Assembly: GCA_902505605.1 (NCBI GenBank)
Contig: CABWKN010000035.1
Coordinates: 1-46,790 of the forward strand
Direction: 5' to 3'
DNA: 46,790 nt
Origin: Candidatus Guanabacterium sedimentis
GTDB lineage: Bacteria > Acidobacteriota > B3-B38 > Guanabaribacteriales > B3-B38
Both the position numbers and the translations under genes were made by a program. Numbering within the stretch: the first letter of the stretch is position 1; each line of letters opens with the position of its first letter. Shown here in pieces: positions 1 to 10,487 of the stretch. The notes beneath the pieces were generated by a model. That model ran no database searches and was not told the origin of the DNA. It saw only the letters and a list, made by a program, of their open reading frames with translations.

Positions 1-90
1 AAGCCCTTGAGTCAGGGGACGCTTTTGTACAAGAGAACATCTCTCTCCTGCTGGAGATTTAGATTTGAGTCTCACCAATTCACACAGCAC

Positions 91-2469
91 CTATTTGACT
101 GTCCTGAAACCAACCTCATCCAGGATAATCACCCCTTTTGTCGTGCGGTCAAATATGAAGCGTATCGTCTTGAGGTCACTCGGCTGGAACTGCGCATTAG
201 CTTCTACAAAAGCGGAGAGCGGGAGTTCGTAAGTTTGCAGCACGGGCTCTGTGGGATTCTTATATTGCTTCTTTTCCATATAATTCCACTTGGTAAATTG
301 CACGGTCAGCGCAGGTGGGATAAGCGAAAACTGGCTCAAAGGTAAATGTGCTGTGAAGCCGTCTTCAGTAACCAGTTCAATGGCCAAATCCAATGGTTCT
401 TTTTCTTCCTTTGCTTTCTTGTTCTTTTCGGGCTCTTCTTTTTCGTTTTCCTCCCCGGGTTTCTCTGGAGACTCGTTTGCATCGGCAAAGGTGCAAATGA
501 GCAAAGTATCGGGATTAAACTGCCATTCCTGTGCCAGGCCGTCAGGAAGCGTGATGGAATAGTTCGCCATCTTATTCTCTGATTGCTCACCTTTATCGTC
601 AGCATTCCAACCCAGATATACCGCATTGTTATTCTGCGCTCTATCTCCCCGAAAATTTAATCCCTGTTCACGCCAAACCGCCAGATTTTCTCCTTGCTGA
701 ACTCCCCCTGCCACAGTGGTTGTGGTAACATCGACATCTTCCTCGTAGTTGCTCACCACTCTTTGGCGGGAGTCCTCAAATTGGCTCACATATATGGTTT
801 TCGGAAGCCACTCAGCAATAACTCGATGGTCACGAAAAAGAGGAATATACTCTTGTTTCTCATGAAGTGTCGCCTCAAGAAAGGCGGACATGTAAACCTT
901 GCCTATCTGGCGCTGTTCTCCCCCTGTGAGAATGGGCTTTAAGTTCAGTAGCCAGCTCATTGGAGGGGAAAAATCTGTTCTTCCCCAGACAGTGTTGAAC
1001 TGACCATGATTAGCCTGGTAAATATAAAGGGCTGATTTAAACCAGTACTGCTCATCAGTAAACTTCACCCGCTGGTATTGGCGAATTCCCAAGAATATGG
1101 ATACATCACTATCGTGAGCTCCCTGCAGAACCAGATAATTAATATTCTTCAGCGACACTGGTTTGCTGGCAGGCTTAAATTGACCATCGCTTGGGGCAAT
1201 TGCTATCAGCGACTTGATGGAAAAATTGAAGTCAAACAAGATGGTGGCATCGTCGGGATAGTGCGAGAGCCTGTTGAAAGCTCCGGCGATGGCCACTGCT
1301 TCTCCCCCGCGTGAATGCCCAATAAGGGCAATATTGTCCATATTCACTTTTCTGTAAAATAGATTGCCTTCCGCTTCGTTCCAGGAACGCCATACCTTGA
1401 GATGCTGGAGTAATATCCATCCGCGGGCGGAGTTTTCTTTCTTAAGACCGCCAGCCCATGAACTGTTTAAAAAATTCTCATCCACAGATACGGTGATAAA
1501 TCCACGGCTGGCCAGTAGCTCTCCCAGGTAGGCATAACCGGGGTCAGAGAATTCTTCCATCTTGTGGTTTCCATGCACCACCAGCACCAACGGAAACGGA
1601 CCATCCCCCGAAGGATACCATACTCGACCGTTAAGGGGAAAGTTCTTGGGTTCAAACTTCCAGTACCATTTTCTCGCTTTCGCTTTAAAGCCTTTCCACC
1701 CCTCGAGGAAAGGCGAAGCATCTACTGCATTAGTTTTCAAGTCCACAGACTCACCATATTCAGGGCGCCGTATGTCCGTTCCGCTTCCGTAGAACAGGGT
1801 GCGGACTTCATAAATGCCTCGCTCGGATGGATTAGGCGCACGGAGACTGGGTAAGCTTGAAGGAGCAGCAAAATCCTCCTTGACCAGATGAGAGTCGGTA
1901 CCCGAGTAAGTAAGCCACCCGATTACGGCAATATTAAGGCACACTGCCAGAATCATCACCGCGATGGTAAATGCTTTCTTAACAGTTGACGCTTTCTTAA
2001 AGCCTTTGCCCACGGCGACTACAATTGTAGCCACGAGGAGAGCCTCCACCAGGACGATAACAGCTCCTATGAGAGGTGCTATCTCTTCGGGCGAGCCGAA
2101 CATTGTGAGAAACACAGAAAAAACCGCAATAGCGGCGACCAGAGCTCCGGTGAAGAGCCTTGGCAATGCTCTGACTAAAGCTACCAAGCCTATGACTATT
2201 GCTCCAATCAAAGTAATAGCTATGACTCCAATGAGAGCAAAGATGAGGATATCTACCATAGAACCCAGCCCGCTCCCTAGGAACGAGCCTATAAAGGCTG
2301 TCAGGGCTGCAGCAAGGGCAGTGGCTCCAATAACCGCCGCCTTCCATGTGCGAGGTCTGGGTTTGAGCTTCTGCATAAAAGCCCTGATCTTAGCGGACAG
2401 TCTCTTGAGAAGTTTTTCTTTTTTCCGCTTCTCCTTTGGTGTATTTTGGGGATTGGCATCGGTGGTCAT
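91..2469 (-). CDS. Membrane-anchored alpha/beta-hydrolase (about 5 N-terminal TM helices plus chlorophyllase/PAF-AH-like catalytic domain)
   Basis: Hydrophobic N-terminal ~190 aa; PLVLVVHGNH, nucleophile elbow GHSRGG, HDSDV (Asp), ANHGQFN (His); GGAGG SD upstream. Confidence 0.85.
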   Translation of the reverse strand: MTTDANPQNTPKEKRKKEKLLKRLSAKIRAFMQKLKPRPRTWKAAVIGATALAAALTAFIGSFLGSGLGSMVDILIFALIGVIAITLIGAIVIGLVALVRALPRLFTGALVAAIAVFSVFLTMFGSPEEIAPLIGAVIVLVEALLVATIVVAVGKGFKKASTVKKAFTIAVMILAVCLNIAVIGWLTYSGTDSHLVKEDFAAPSSLPSLRAPNPSERGIYEVRTLFYGSGTDIRRPEYGESVDLKTNAVDASPFLEGWKGFKAKARKWYWKFEPKNFPLNGRVWYPSGDGPFPLVLVVHGNHKMEEFSDPGYAYLGELLASRGFITVSVDENFLNSSWAGGLKKENSARGWILLQHLKVWRSWNEAEGNLFYRKVNMDNIALIGHSRGGEAVAIAGAFNRLSHYPDDATILFDFNFSIKSLIAIAPSDGQFKPASKPVSLKNINYLVLQGAHDSDVSIFLGIRQYQRVKFTDEQYWFKSALYIYQANHGQFNTVWGRTDFSPPMSWLLNLKPILTGGEQRQIGKVYMSAFLEATLHEKQEYIPLFRDHRVIAEWLPKTIYVSQFEDSRQRVVSNYEEDVDVTTTTVAGGVQQGENLAVWREQGLNFRGDRAQNNNAVYLGWNADDKGEQSENKMANYSITLPDGLAQEWQFNPDTLLICTFADANESPEKPGEENEKEEPEKNKKAKEEKEPLDLAIELVTEDGFTAHLPLSQFSLIPPALTVQFTKWNYMEKKQYKNPTEPVLQTYELPLSAFVEANAQFQPSDLKTIRFIFDRTTKGVIILDEVGFRTVK

Positions 2470-2764
2470 TTTATCCCTCCTTTATTAATAAAATAGTTTG
2501 AAATTTCATATTTTTTACTCATGTTAAGGCAGATTTGGTTTGATTATCCTGATAAAATGATATCCCAAGTTAGCTGCTCCCTTCTCTCAAATTCAATAGC
2601 GCTTATTTCTGTTTCTGCGCCTCTCTTTTATTGCAAGGCAGTGAGGTATAATTCTCTGTTTTTATCACCTGTATTCTATAACGCTCGGTGAATAAAAAAG
2701 TTCGCTGATAAGCGTATTCCACTAAGTGAACTGAGGCCTTTTATTTTCTGTTTAATGATTGAGC

Positions 2765-2789
2765 AAAAAAGACAGGTCACAAAGACCTG
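2765..2789 (-). terminator. Probable intrinsic terminator downstream of the M20 peptidase gene
   Basis: 6-bp stem CAGGTC/GACCTG with 5-nt loop, followed on the minus strand by TC and T6. Confidence 0.45.
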
Positions 2790-2895
2790 CATAATTGTAT
2801 GGAGCGGTGACATCATTTTCTAAACTTTGACTAATCTTACAGCCCATAGTATTACGAAGAATCACTCGCGGCAGCGATAATATGAGGAGTACGAA

Positions 2896-4140
2896 TCAAT
2901 TCAGAGACAGAATCATGAGGATGTCTTGCTTTATACCCACGAACAGACCGTCTATTTCAGCTTCTTCTCTCAGGCTGTGTTTATAGCGGCAATAGGTGCG
3001 ACCGAGATTTATGGATGGGATTCCTTGTTCAATGCCAGCATTGGCATCGGTGGAACCAAGGGGGTTAATTTCTAAATCTCTAACCTTGAGAAATTTAAGG
3101 ATTTCTTCTGCTGTTCTGACCAGAGTGGAGTGACGGGCGCCGGGCAGTTGGTAAGCTCTGGCATTTTTATTCAGATTTATCTCCACCTCAACTCCCACTT
3201 CTTCTGCGACCTGGCGACAAATCTCCTCTATCTGGCGAGCTGCCTTTTCCAGCTCTGCCTGATTTGCGGAACGCAAATCAACGGTAAAAAACGATTCTTG
3301 AGAAACCGCATTATTCACCTTGCCCCCGCCTATCATACCCACATTATAGATGGCGAATTTTTCAGGCGGCTCAGCGGGAACGGAGATTTGGTATATTCGT
3401 TCAATGGCTTTAGCCACCGCTACATTGGGATTGGGAACACCCCGGCTCTGCATGGTGTGAGCACCGGGACCCCGGAATATGACACGACCACCTCCAAACC
3501 CCAACGCCCCATAACTCAGACTTCCGAGGTCTCCATCCAGAGCGATGAGCATATCAAATTTTTCTTTGCTGTTATCCAGGAACAGCCTCATTCCCCTGAA
3601 TCCAATCTCCTCACCCACAGTCGCCACAAAATAATAATTATTCTTAGGTTTAAAACCAGCATTTTTCAGCGCTCTGATTGACCAGAGAAGGTTGATGCAA
3701 CTGGAAGTATCATCCCCAATGCCCGGCGCTTTAAGAAGATTCTCTTCTCTTATTACCTTTATCTCCCACACTTCTTGAAAGACAGTGTCCATATGAGGGG
3801 CGAAGATAATGTTTTTCCCCTGAGAGGTGCCTCTCCAGATGCCGACCGCATTACCAAACTCATCAATGTAAGCCTCGTCCAAACCTGCGGCTTTAAATTG
3901 TGCTTCAATATATTTGGCTCTTTTCTCTTCGTGACCCGAAGGAGCGGGAATTTCGGTGAGATAAATCCACTCCTCAATAATGGCTTCTCTGTTCTTTTCT
4001 ATAAAAGAAAAGATCTTTTGAGCCTGAGGAGATGAGGCTATTTCAGGTTTAAATAATGATTCCTCACCTTTTTGAGTGAAAGAAATAGTCGCCAGGAAAA
4101 TGAAGGGAAAACATAAAAATAATGTAATGATTTTTTTCAT
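2896..4140 (-). CDS. Secreted M20/M25/M40-family metallopeptidase
   Basis: Signal peptide MKKIITLFLCFPFIFLA; metal-ligand motifs HMDTV, GDD, GEE and C-terminal KHS; GPGAH dimerisation domain; start moved to ATG 4140 behind GAGGAGG. Confidence 0.9.
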   Translation of the reverse strand: MKKIITLFLCFPFIFLATISFTQKGEESLFKPEIASSPQAQKIFSFIEKNREAIIEEWIYLTEIPAPSGHEEKRAKYIEAQFKAAGLDEAYIDEFGNAVGIWRGTSQGKNIIFAPHMDTVFQEVWEIKVIREENLLKAPGIGDDTSSCINLLWSIRALKNAGFKPKNNYYFVATVGEEIGFRGMRLFLDNSKEKFDMLIALDGDLGSLSYGALGFGGGRVIFRGPGAHTMQSRGVPNPNVAVAKAIERIYQISVPAEPPEKFAIYNVGMIGGGKVNNAVSQESFFTVDLRSANQAELEKAARQIEEICRQVAEEVGVEVEINLNKNARAYQLPGARHSTLVRTAEEILKFLKVRDLEINPLGSTDANAGIEQGIPSINLGRTYCRYKHSLREEAEIDGLFVGIKQDILMILSLN

Positions 4141-4454
4141 AATGAACCTCCTCATTTTTTCTTACTCAAGGGATACATTTTTGTCTATTTTTGTCTAAAA
4201 GTCAACCATAATTTTAGTATCCATGACTTTATCATTTTTTGATAGGAATATAAAATCAGGCAAGAAATAAGAATCGGGAAAAAAAGGAGAGCAAATTATT
4301 TCAATCGTTTGAAAAGGCAACTAATTCATGGTCTACAAAGATTAAGCGTCATTTTTATTCAATGAATCCAGTTAATTAAGGTATACAGCGAAATCTTTGA
4401 ATTCAATAAAGTCTTCCGCAAAGTCAATATGAGCTCACATATCGATTTTTCCTT

Positions 4455-4482
4455 TTCACATTGCTTTATTCTATGCTAATAT
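4455..4482 (+). promoter_or_regulatory. Putative sigma70 promoter of the S9 peptidase gene
   Basis: TTCACA-N16-TAATAT with TG extension (TGCTAATAT); AAGGAGG SD downstream. Confidence 0.4.
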
Positions 4483-4522
4483 TGATGTATGTTTAACATT
4501 AAATAATTTTAAGGAGGTCATC

Positions 4523-6523
4523 ATGAGAAAAAGTCGGATTTTTGTCTTTTTATTGGGTATTGTAGTTCTGTTTTTGGGGGCTTATTTACAAGGGGACGAG
4601 CTTCAAAATCGCCTCACAGTGGACCTTTATCTTGACTGGGAATATGTGAGCAGCCCGCAGATTTCTCCCGATGGAACTCAAATAGTGTATGTGCGGAGAA
4701 TAACGGATAAGATAAACGATAAATTTGAAAGCCACATCTGGATTATAAATTTCGATGGCTCCAGGAATCGACAGCTTATCAAAGGCTCATCGCCGCTCTG
4801 GTCGCCGGATGGGAAAAGGTTAGCTTACATCTCCTCAGTTGACAACCGCTCTCAAATCTTCGTCCGCTGGATGGATACGGGAGAAGCCACTCAGATAACC
4901 CATTTAGACCAGAGCCCCAGCAACTTAGCATGGTCGCCAGACGGGGAAAAAATAGCCTTTACCATGCTGGTTCCCTCATCTCCCCAGTCCTGGATCAAAA
5001 TGCCTCCCAGGCCAAAGGGAGCCAAATGGGCTGACCCAGCTATGGTCGTTGACCGCCTTAGCTACCGTTACGATGGTCGCGGGAATAGACCGTTGGGATT
5101 CCGTCACATTTTTACAGTACCTGCTACGGGTGGAACTCCTCGACAGTTAACAAGCGGTGATTACGACCATGGAGCACCGCAGTGGAGCTTGGATGGGCAG
5201 ACTATTATCTTCAGTGCCACCCGAAAGCCCGAAGCTGAGTATCTGCCCGGAGGCTCGGAGGTTTATGCTCTCCTTCTGAAAGACGGACAGATTCGCGCTC
5301 TGACCGACCGCGATGGACCCGACTCTAACCCTCAAGTTTCTCCTGATGGACGATTCATTGCCTATACTGGCTACGACCAGAAGAATTATAGCTACCATGT
5401 CAGCAAGCTCTATGTCATGGATTTTGATGGTCAAAACAAGCGCCTTCTCTCGGAGAAGCTGGACCGCTCAATCAGAGGCGTTATTTGGGCACCGGACAGC
5501 AGCGGAGTCTATTTCGCGGTAGGCGACAAGGGAACCTCCAACATTCATTTCGCGCCCGTAAGCGGAGGTATCAGGCAAATTACCCAGGGAACTCATATGC
5601 TTAGCTCTCTTTCCCTCGCTTCAAACAATCGGGCTGTGGGCATGCTCTCCGCACCCTGGGAGCCTGGCGACCTGGTAACCTTTTCTCTTAACCAGCCTAC
5701 TCCTAAAAAGATTACCGCAGTGAATGATGACCTATTAGAAGGGATTAAACTGGGCGAGGTGGAGGAGATCTGGTACAAATCCTTTGATGACAAACCTATT
5801 CAGGGATGGATTATCAAACCCCCTGATTTCGACTCTGAGAAAAAGTATCCTCTGATTCTTTACATCCACGGCGGTCCTCACGCTATGTACAATGTCGCTT
5901 TTGATTTTGAATTCCAGAATCACGCAGCCCACGATTATGTTGTCCTCTATACCAATCCCAGGGGGAGCACCGGCTACGGTGAGGAATTTGGCAATGCCAT
6001 ATGGTACAGCTATCCCGGCGATGATTACCATGACCTGATGAAGGGAGTAGATGCCGTCCTTCAAAAGGGCTACATTGATGAAGAGAATCTCTTTGTCTGT
6101 GGGGGCAGCGGCGGCGGCGTGCTTACCTCATGGATTGTCGGTCACACAGACCGCTTCACAGCAGCGGTGGTGATGAAGCCGGTCACCAACTGGTACAGCT
6201 TTGTGGGCACCACCGACGGAGCCCACTGGTACCGCAGATTCAGGGAGATGCCCTGGGAAAATCCACAGGAGTATCTTGACCGTTCACCTATTGCTTATTC
6301 GGGGAATGTCACCACACCCACCATGGTGTTAACCGGGGAGTTAGACCTGCGCTGTCCTATGGAGCAGACTGAGCAGTATTACAGAGCCCTTAAGATTCAG
6401 AAGAAAGAGACCGTTATGATACGCATACCCGGAGAATACCACGGAATCGGTCGGAGGAATCCTACTCATAAGATTGCTCAGATACTCTACCTCAGGGAGT
6501 GGTTTGAAAAATATAAAAAATAA
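4523..6523 (+). CDS. Secreted S9 (prolyl oligopeptidase/acylaminoacyl peptidase) family peptidase
   Basis: Signal peptide; repeated WSPDG beta-propeller blades; IHGGPH, GGSGGG (Ser), DLRCP (Asp), GEYHG (His). Confidence 0.95.
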   Translation: MRKSRIFVFLLGIVVLFLGAYLQGDELQNRLTVDLYLDWEYVSSPQISPDGTQIVYVRRITDKINDKFESHIWIINFDGSRNRQLIKGSSPLWSPDGKRLAYISSVDNRSQIFVRWMDTGEATQITHLDQSPSNLAWSPDGEKIAFTMLVPSSPQSWIKMPPRPKGAKWADPAMVVDRLSYRYDGRGNRPLGFRHIFTVPATGGTPRQLTSGDYDHGAPQWSLDGQTIIFSATRKPEAEYLPGGSEVYALLLKDGQIRALTDRDGPDSNPQVSPDGRFIAYTGYDQKNYSYHVSKLYVMDFDGQNKRLLSEKLDRSIRGVIWAPDSSGVYFAVGDKGTSNIHFAPVSGGIRQITQGTHMLSSLSLASNNRAVGMLSAPWEPGDLVTFSLNQPTPKKITAVNDDLLEGIKLGEVEEIWYKSFDDKPIQGWIIKPPDFDSEKKYPLILYIHGGPHAMYNVAFDFEFQNHAAHDYVVLYTNPRGSTGYGEEFGNAIWYSYPGDDYHDLMKGVDAVLQKGYIDEENLFVCGGSGGGVLTSWIVGHTDRFTAAVVMKPVTNWYSFVGTTDGAHWYRRFREMPWENPQEYLDRSPIAYSGNVTTPTMVLTGELDLRCPMEQTEQYYRALKIQKKETVMIRIPGEYHGIGRRNPTHKIAQILYLREWFEKYKK

Positions 6524-6663
6524 CAAAAGAGAGAGTTTAAGGGCGCGCCTTACCTGTTAACAGCCTGACTATAAGGCGTTGAGGAGTGAGCTGCAACGAA
6601 AAAGGTTGGCTCTTTTATATCTCAAAAAAAGTTACCAGCTAAATTCCAAAAAAGGAGCTGCTT

Positions 6664-8130
6664 ATGAAAAAGGCAGTGGTTATATTTTGTTCCTTTTTGC
6701 TTGCCACATTGAGTATAACAACAGCCATTTGTAAATCCGTCGTTAAGTCAGACAATGATTCACTATCAGAAAAAGTAGACTTATTATTCGCTAAATGGGA
6801 TAAACCAGATTCGCCCGGTGCTGCATTGGCTATTATTAGAGATGGAAAGGTTGTTTTTCAGAGCGAATATGGTATGGCAAATCTGGAATATAATATTCCA
6901 ATCACATCTTCTACTGTTTTTCATATTGGTTCGGTTTCTAAGCAATTTGTGGGATTCTCAATCTTATTACTGGAGGATGAGGGGAAATTATCGTTAGATG
7001 ATGATATTCATAGATACTTACCCGAAGTACCCGACTTTGGAGAAACTATTAGAATCCGCCATTTAATTCACCATCTAAGCGGTTTGCGGGAACAAGAAAC
7101 CTTGTTTCAGTTATCTGGGATTTCAAATGCTGATGTAATCAAAACAGAGCATATTCTTAAATTGGTTCGCCGTCAAAAGAAACTCAATTTCCGGCCAGGT
7201 GATGAGATCGAATATTGTAACACTGGCTATGTTTTGTTGGCGCAAATTGTGGAAAGAGTTACAGAAAAATCATTTCGAGAATGGACAGCAGAGAATATTT
7301 TTAAACCACTGCATATGAACAATACTCAATTTTATGATGATCATACAAGAATTGTTAAGAACAGAGCTTATCCTTATTGGGTGCCTGAAGGCACGGAATT
7401 AAGAAAAGGAACTCTCAATTATTCATATGTGGGTTCTACAAGTTTATTCACTACTTCAGACGACATGGTAAAGTGGCTTATTAACTTTGTGAATCCCAAG
7501 GTTGGAAATCAAAAAATAATGAGAAAAATGCAGTTTGAATCCGGTTCTCTCAATAGCGGTGAAGATTGTACATACGGATTTGGCATAGGAGTTACAAAAT
7601 ATAAAGGATTAAAAGTCATTTTGCATAGTGGACATGATGCTGGTTATAGAGCATATGATGCCTACTTTCCTGAGCAAAAATTCGGGATAGTAATTCTAAG
7701 TAATTTTTACTCAATAAATCCTTCGCTTTTGGGACAAAAGATAGCAGATATTTACCTTACAAATCAATTTTCACCTCCCGTGCCTGTTCAAGATGAAGGT
7801 TTTAAGGCAAATACAAGTTCGCCAGAAACAAAAAGAGAGATATTACTTACAGAGAAGCAATTAATGGAATATGTCGGGAAATACTACAGTGAAGAATTGG
7901 ATACTCATTATCTGATTCTTTGTATTAATGGCAAATTATTTGTGAAACATTGGCGAAATGAAGATGTTATATTGACACCTGAGGATAAAGATCTGTTCTC
8001 CGGGAATCAATGGTGGTTCAAGAAGATAGTAGTTACTCGATTTAGCAATAATAAAGTTAATGGATTCAAATTAACTTCTAGTAGAGTGAGAAATCTGCTA
8101 TTTGAGAAAATCCAGAATAGATTAAAATAG
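6664..8130 (+). CDS. Secreted serine hydrolase, beta-lactamase class C / D-aminopeptidase-like family
   Basis: SxxK (SVSK), YxN (YCN), HSG motifs; LIHHLSGL; signal peptide; AAGGAG SD. Confidence 0.9.
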   Translation: MKKAVVIFCSFLLATLSITTAICKSVVKSDNDSLSEKVDLLFAKWDKPDSPGAALAIIRDGKVVFQSEYGMANLEYNIPITSSTVFHIGSVSKQFVGFSILLLEDEGKLSLDDDIHRYLPEVPDFGETIRIRHLIHHLSGLREQETLFQLSGISNADVIKTEHILKLVRRQKKLNFRPGDEIEYCNTGYVLLAQIVERVTEKSFREWTAENIFKPLHMNNTQFYDDHTRIVKNRAYPYWVPEGTELRKGTLNYSYVGSTSLFTTSDDMVKWLINFVNPKVGNQKIMRKMQFESGSLNSGEDCTYGFGIGVTKYKGLKVILHSGHDAGYRAYDAYFPEQKFGIVILSNFYSINPSLLGQKIADIYLTNQFSPPVPVQDEGFKANTSSPETKREILLTEKQLMEYVGKYYSEELDTHYLILCINGKLFVKHWRNEDVILTPEDKDLFSGNQWWFKKIVVTRFSNNKVNGFKLTSSRVRNLLFEKIQNRLK

Positions 8131-8148
8131 CTGCATAAAAGTTCATTA

Positions 8149-8170
8149 TTTTCTTGAGCCTGCAAGAAAA
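8149..8170. terminator. Inverted repeat between convergent genes, possible terminator
   Basis: TTTTCTTG-N6-CAAGAAAA. Confidence 0.3.
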
Positions 8171-8333
8171 GCGCCTGGTCAAAATTTTTTAATATTTTGC
8201 AAATTCCAAATTCGATGAACAGCTTTTTATAGGTGTAGCCTCTACATATTAGCGAACATCTATAATTGCTGCACCGTAGGGACAAAATCTACTTAATTGA
8301 AAGAGTTAAAACTCAAAACAACATCACTATGAC

Positions 8334-10436
8334 TCACTGGAATTTTAGCAGACCTATTTTCTGCAGGTCTTCGGCAAAGTGAAGGATGAACTCTATATGC
8401 GTCTCATTGAATTCGCAGGATACAATGTGTCTGATGTCCAGGAGGCTAAGCGTGCCGTCCATGAGATTCACGATTTCATAAGTCTTGGAATCGTAGGCAC
8501 CTCCAACCTTCTCTCTGTTCTTCGAATACCACAGGTAATCTTCTTCACCAAGTTTCTCCTGCAAGTAGTTCCAGGGAAGAGGACCCTGGAAAAGCCTCTG
8601 GGGCTTAAGGGATGAAGCCTTTTTATATAATTCTGTAGGCTGGAATTGCTCTTTGTTCACATTGTATTGACGGCTTAAGAGGTCATAAAACAGCTTTATT
8701 TTTTCCTTCTCGCTGGCAACCTGACGGTTTAAATCATTAGCTAACTCGTCAATAATCTTTTTGCTCGCTTCTCTTTCACAGAGCTCCATCACTTCCCTCA
8801 GGTTTGCCGACTCAATGCCAGCCTGAACCTGAGGATAGTTGCCGATATTAAAGTAAAGCTCAGCTAAGTACTTGCTCTTTTCTGCGTCGTTGGTGTATTG
8901 ATGAAGGAGGCGTATAGATTTTTGGCTTCTCTTTGCCATTCTCATTCTTGCCTGGCTGTAAACCTCCCGAGCAATATTTATAGCATCCTCATCGTCAGCA
9001 TTGGCTAATAGGAGGGCGGCTGCCAGTGATAGGCTGATTATCCTCTTCATCTCGGTAGGGTCGCACTTATCGGGAGTGTCCAGGCTGCTATGATGAAAGA
9101 CATCGCCGTGACCCAGCATGGGCGTGGGAATGGAAAAAGCGGAGTCGTTGAACATGATGTGGTCCGAGCCACCACTGTAAGGGTTGATGCGGAAATTCAA
9201 GCGGTATCTGCTTCCCCGGGGAGAATAGAATGCGCTTCCATCCAGCCAACCCAGCAGGTTGATGAAAACATCGTTGATATAGCCAGGGACCGAATAGGGA
9301 GCGCAAGTCAGGTTGAAATTCGCCTGGCACAGGGCATAATCCTCGCCAATCATATCCAGATTCATGCCGGCAATGCCTTTATCCCTGAGGTCTTGATGCT
9401 CAGTAAGATAGGCTACTGCTCCATGTATTTCGGGAAGCCAGAGAAAGCGAAGGGTTCTTCTGGGAGGCGGAATCTCTCCCCTGTTGACCAGAGCTAAGAT
9501 ATTTCTCACCATCTCTACCATACCGGCTGAACCCGAGGCGTTGTCGTTGGCTCCGGGCTTATAATGGTCGAGGTGACCCATGATGATAATCTCCTGGGAG
9601 GGATGTTCGCTTCCGATTATCTTAGCTTCGAGCACCGGCATCTCGCCGTCAAAAAGCTCAGCGTCCACCCTGGCTCGCATGGTTACCTTTCTCCCTGCTT
9701 TAAAAAGAGAAACAAGCTCCTTTTCCTGTCTGCGGGAGAGGGCGAAGCCAAAGCCCGCCTTTTCCCTTTCCTCTCCGGTGGGTGAGAGGCGGTTGACCTC
9801 TATTAAATCGGAATACTGAAGACGGTCTTCTCTATCCGAAGGTCCGACAATGACACCTGAAGCTCCTCTGTTTAAGACAGCCTGACGATGGACCGCAGAG
9901 CCTCCGCCGCCGGTGGCGAAAACGAGCTTTCCTTTGACATCCTTATCTTTGTAATCAGAATCTGATTTCCCTCCGCCTACATAGATAACCTCGCTTTCTA
10001 CTTCACCACCCTGAGAGTAAGGCATCAGGCTCACCGCCTGGTCGGAATAGCGTGCGATGAGCTTTGTATAGGGCTCCACAAGCCATAATTCGGCTTCCTT
10101 GACTCGCCAACCAACGAGGGAGTCCCACAGGAAATATTTTTTGAAGCCATCTGCTCTGTATCTTTTGATGGCGACCTCTTTAAGACCGATTTTTTTCAAC
10201 TCATTGGCCAGATATTCCACGCAGCGGTTGTAATCAGAGCCCTCTCCCCCGCCCCGTATACGGTGAAAGCGGGATATCTTGGAAATCATATCCCAGGCTC
10301 GCTCCCCTGAAACCTCGTTTTGAATAGCTTCTAACAGCTTTTTATTAAGGAGATAGGGGTTGTCCTGAGGATAGATAATCAGAGAGCCAGAAAAAAAGAA
10401 GATGATTGTGAACAACAAAAGAGCTTTCTTGACCAT
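8334..10436 (-). CDS. Secreted M28-family aminopeptidase with PA domain (DUF4910-like)
   Basis: Signal peptide; PA insert (DYKDKDVKGKLV); HLDH, GANDNASG, NLDMIG, GGSDH, HHSSLDT. Confidence 0.88.
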   Translation of the reverse strand: MVKKALLLFTIIFFFSGSLIIYPQDNPYLLNKKLLEAIQNEVSGERAWDMISKISRFHRIRGGGEGSDYNRCVEYLANELKKIGLKEVAIKRYRADGFKKYFLWDSLVGWRVKEAELWLVEPYTKLIARYSDQAVSLMPYSQGGEVESEVIYVGGGKSDSDYKDKDVKGKLVFATGGGGSAVHRQAVLNRGASGVIVGPSDREDRLQYSDLIEVNRLSPTGEEREKAGFGFALSRRQEKELVSLFKAGRKVTMRARVDAELFDGEMPVLEAKIIGSEHPSQEIIIMGHLDHYKPGANDNASGSAGMVEMVRNILALVNRGEIPPPRRTLRFLWLPEIHGAVAYLTEHQDLRDKGIAGMNLDMIGEDYALCQANFNLTCAPYSVPGYINDVFINLLGWLDGSAFYSPRGSRYRLNFRINPYSGGSDHIMFNDSAFSIPTPMLGHGDVFHHSSLDTPDKCDPTEMKRIISLSLAAALLLANADDEDAINIAREVYSQARMRMAKRSQKSIRLLHQYTNDAEKSKYLAELYFNIGNYPQVQAGIESANLREVMELCEREASKKIIDELANDLNRQVASEKEKIKLFYDLLSRQYNVNKEQFQPTELYKKASSLKPQRLFQGPLPWNYLQEKLGEEDYLWYSKNREKVGGAYDSKTYEIVNLMDGTLSLLDIRHIVSCEFNETHIEFILHFAEDLQKIGLLKFQ

Positions 10437-10487
10437 TTCTAAACCTCCTCTAAAAAAGTTTTGTTGCCATTATCTTATTAATGTATC

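Noticed and set aside
2800-2811. TGGAGCGGTGAC resembles the reverse complement of a tRNA-Gly 3' end (possible att remnant)
   Set aside because: Only 12 nt with a gap, no T-arm, no second copy and no integrase; compatible with chance
6520-6590. TAAC…GTTG-bounded imperfect palindrome (CGCCTTA…TAAGGCG) suggesting an integron attC site
   Set aside because: The ends do not fit RYYYAAC/GTTRRRY, there are no L boxes, and it is not repeated at other genes
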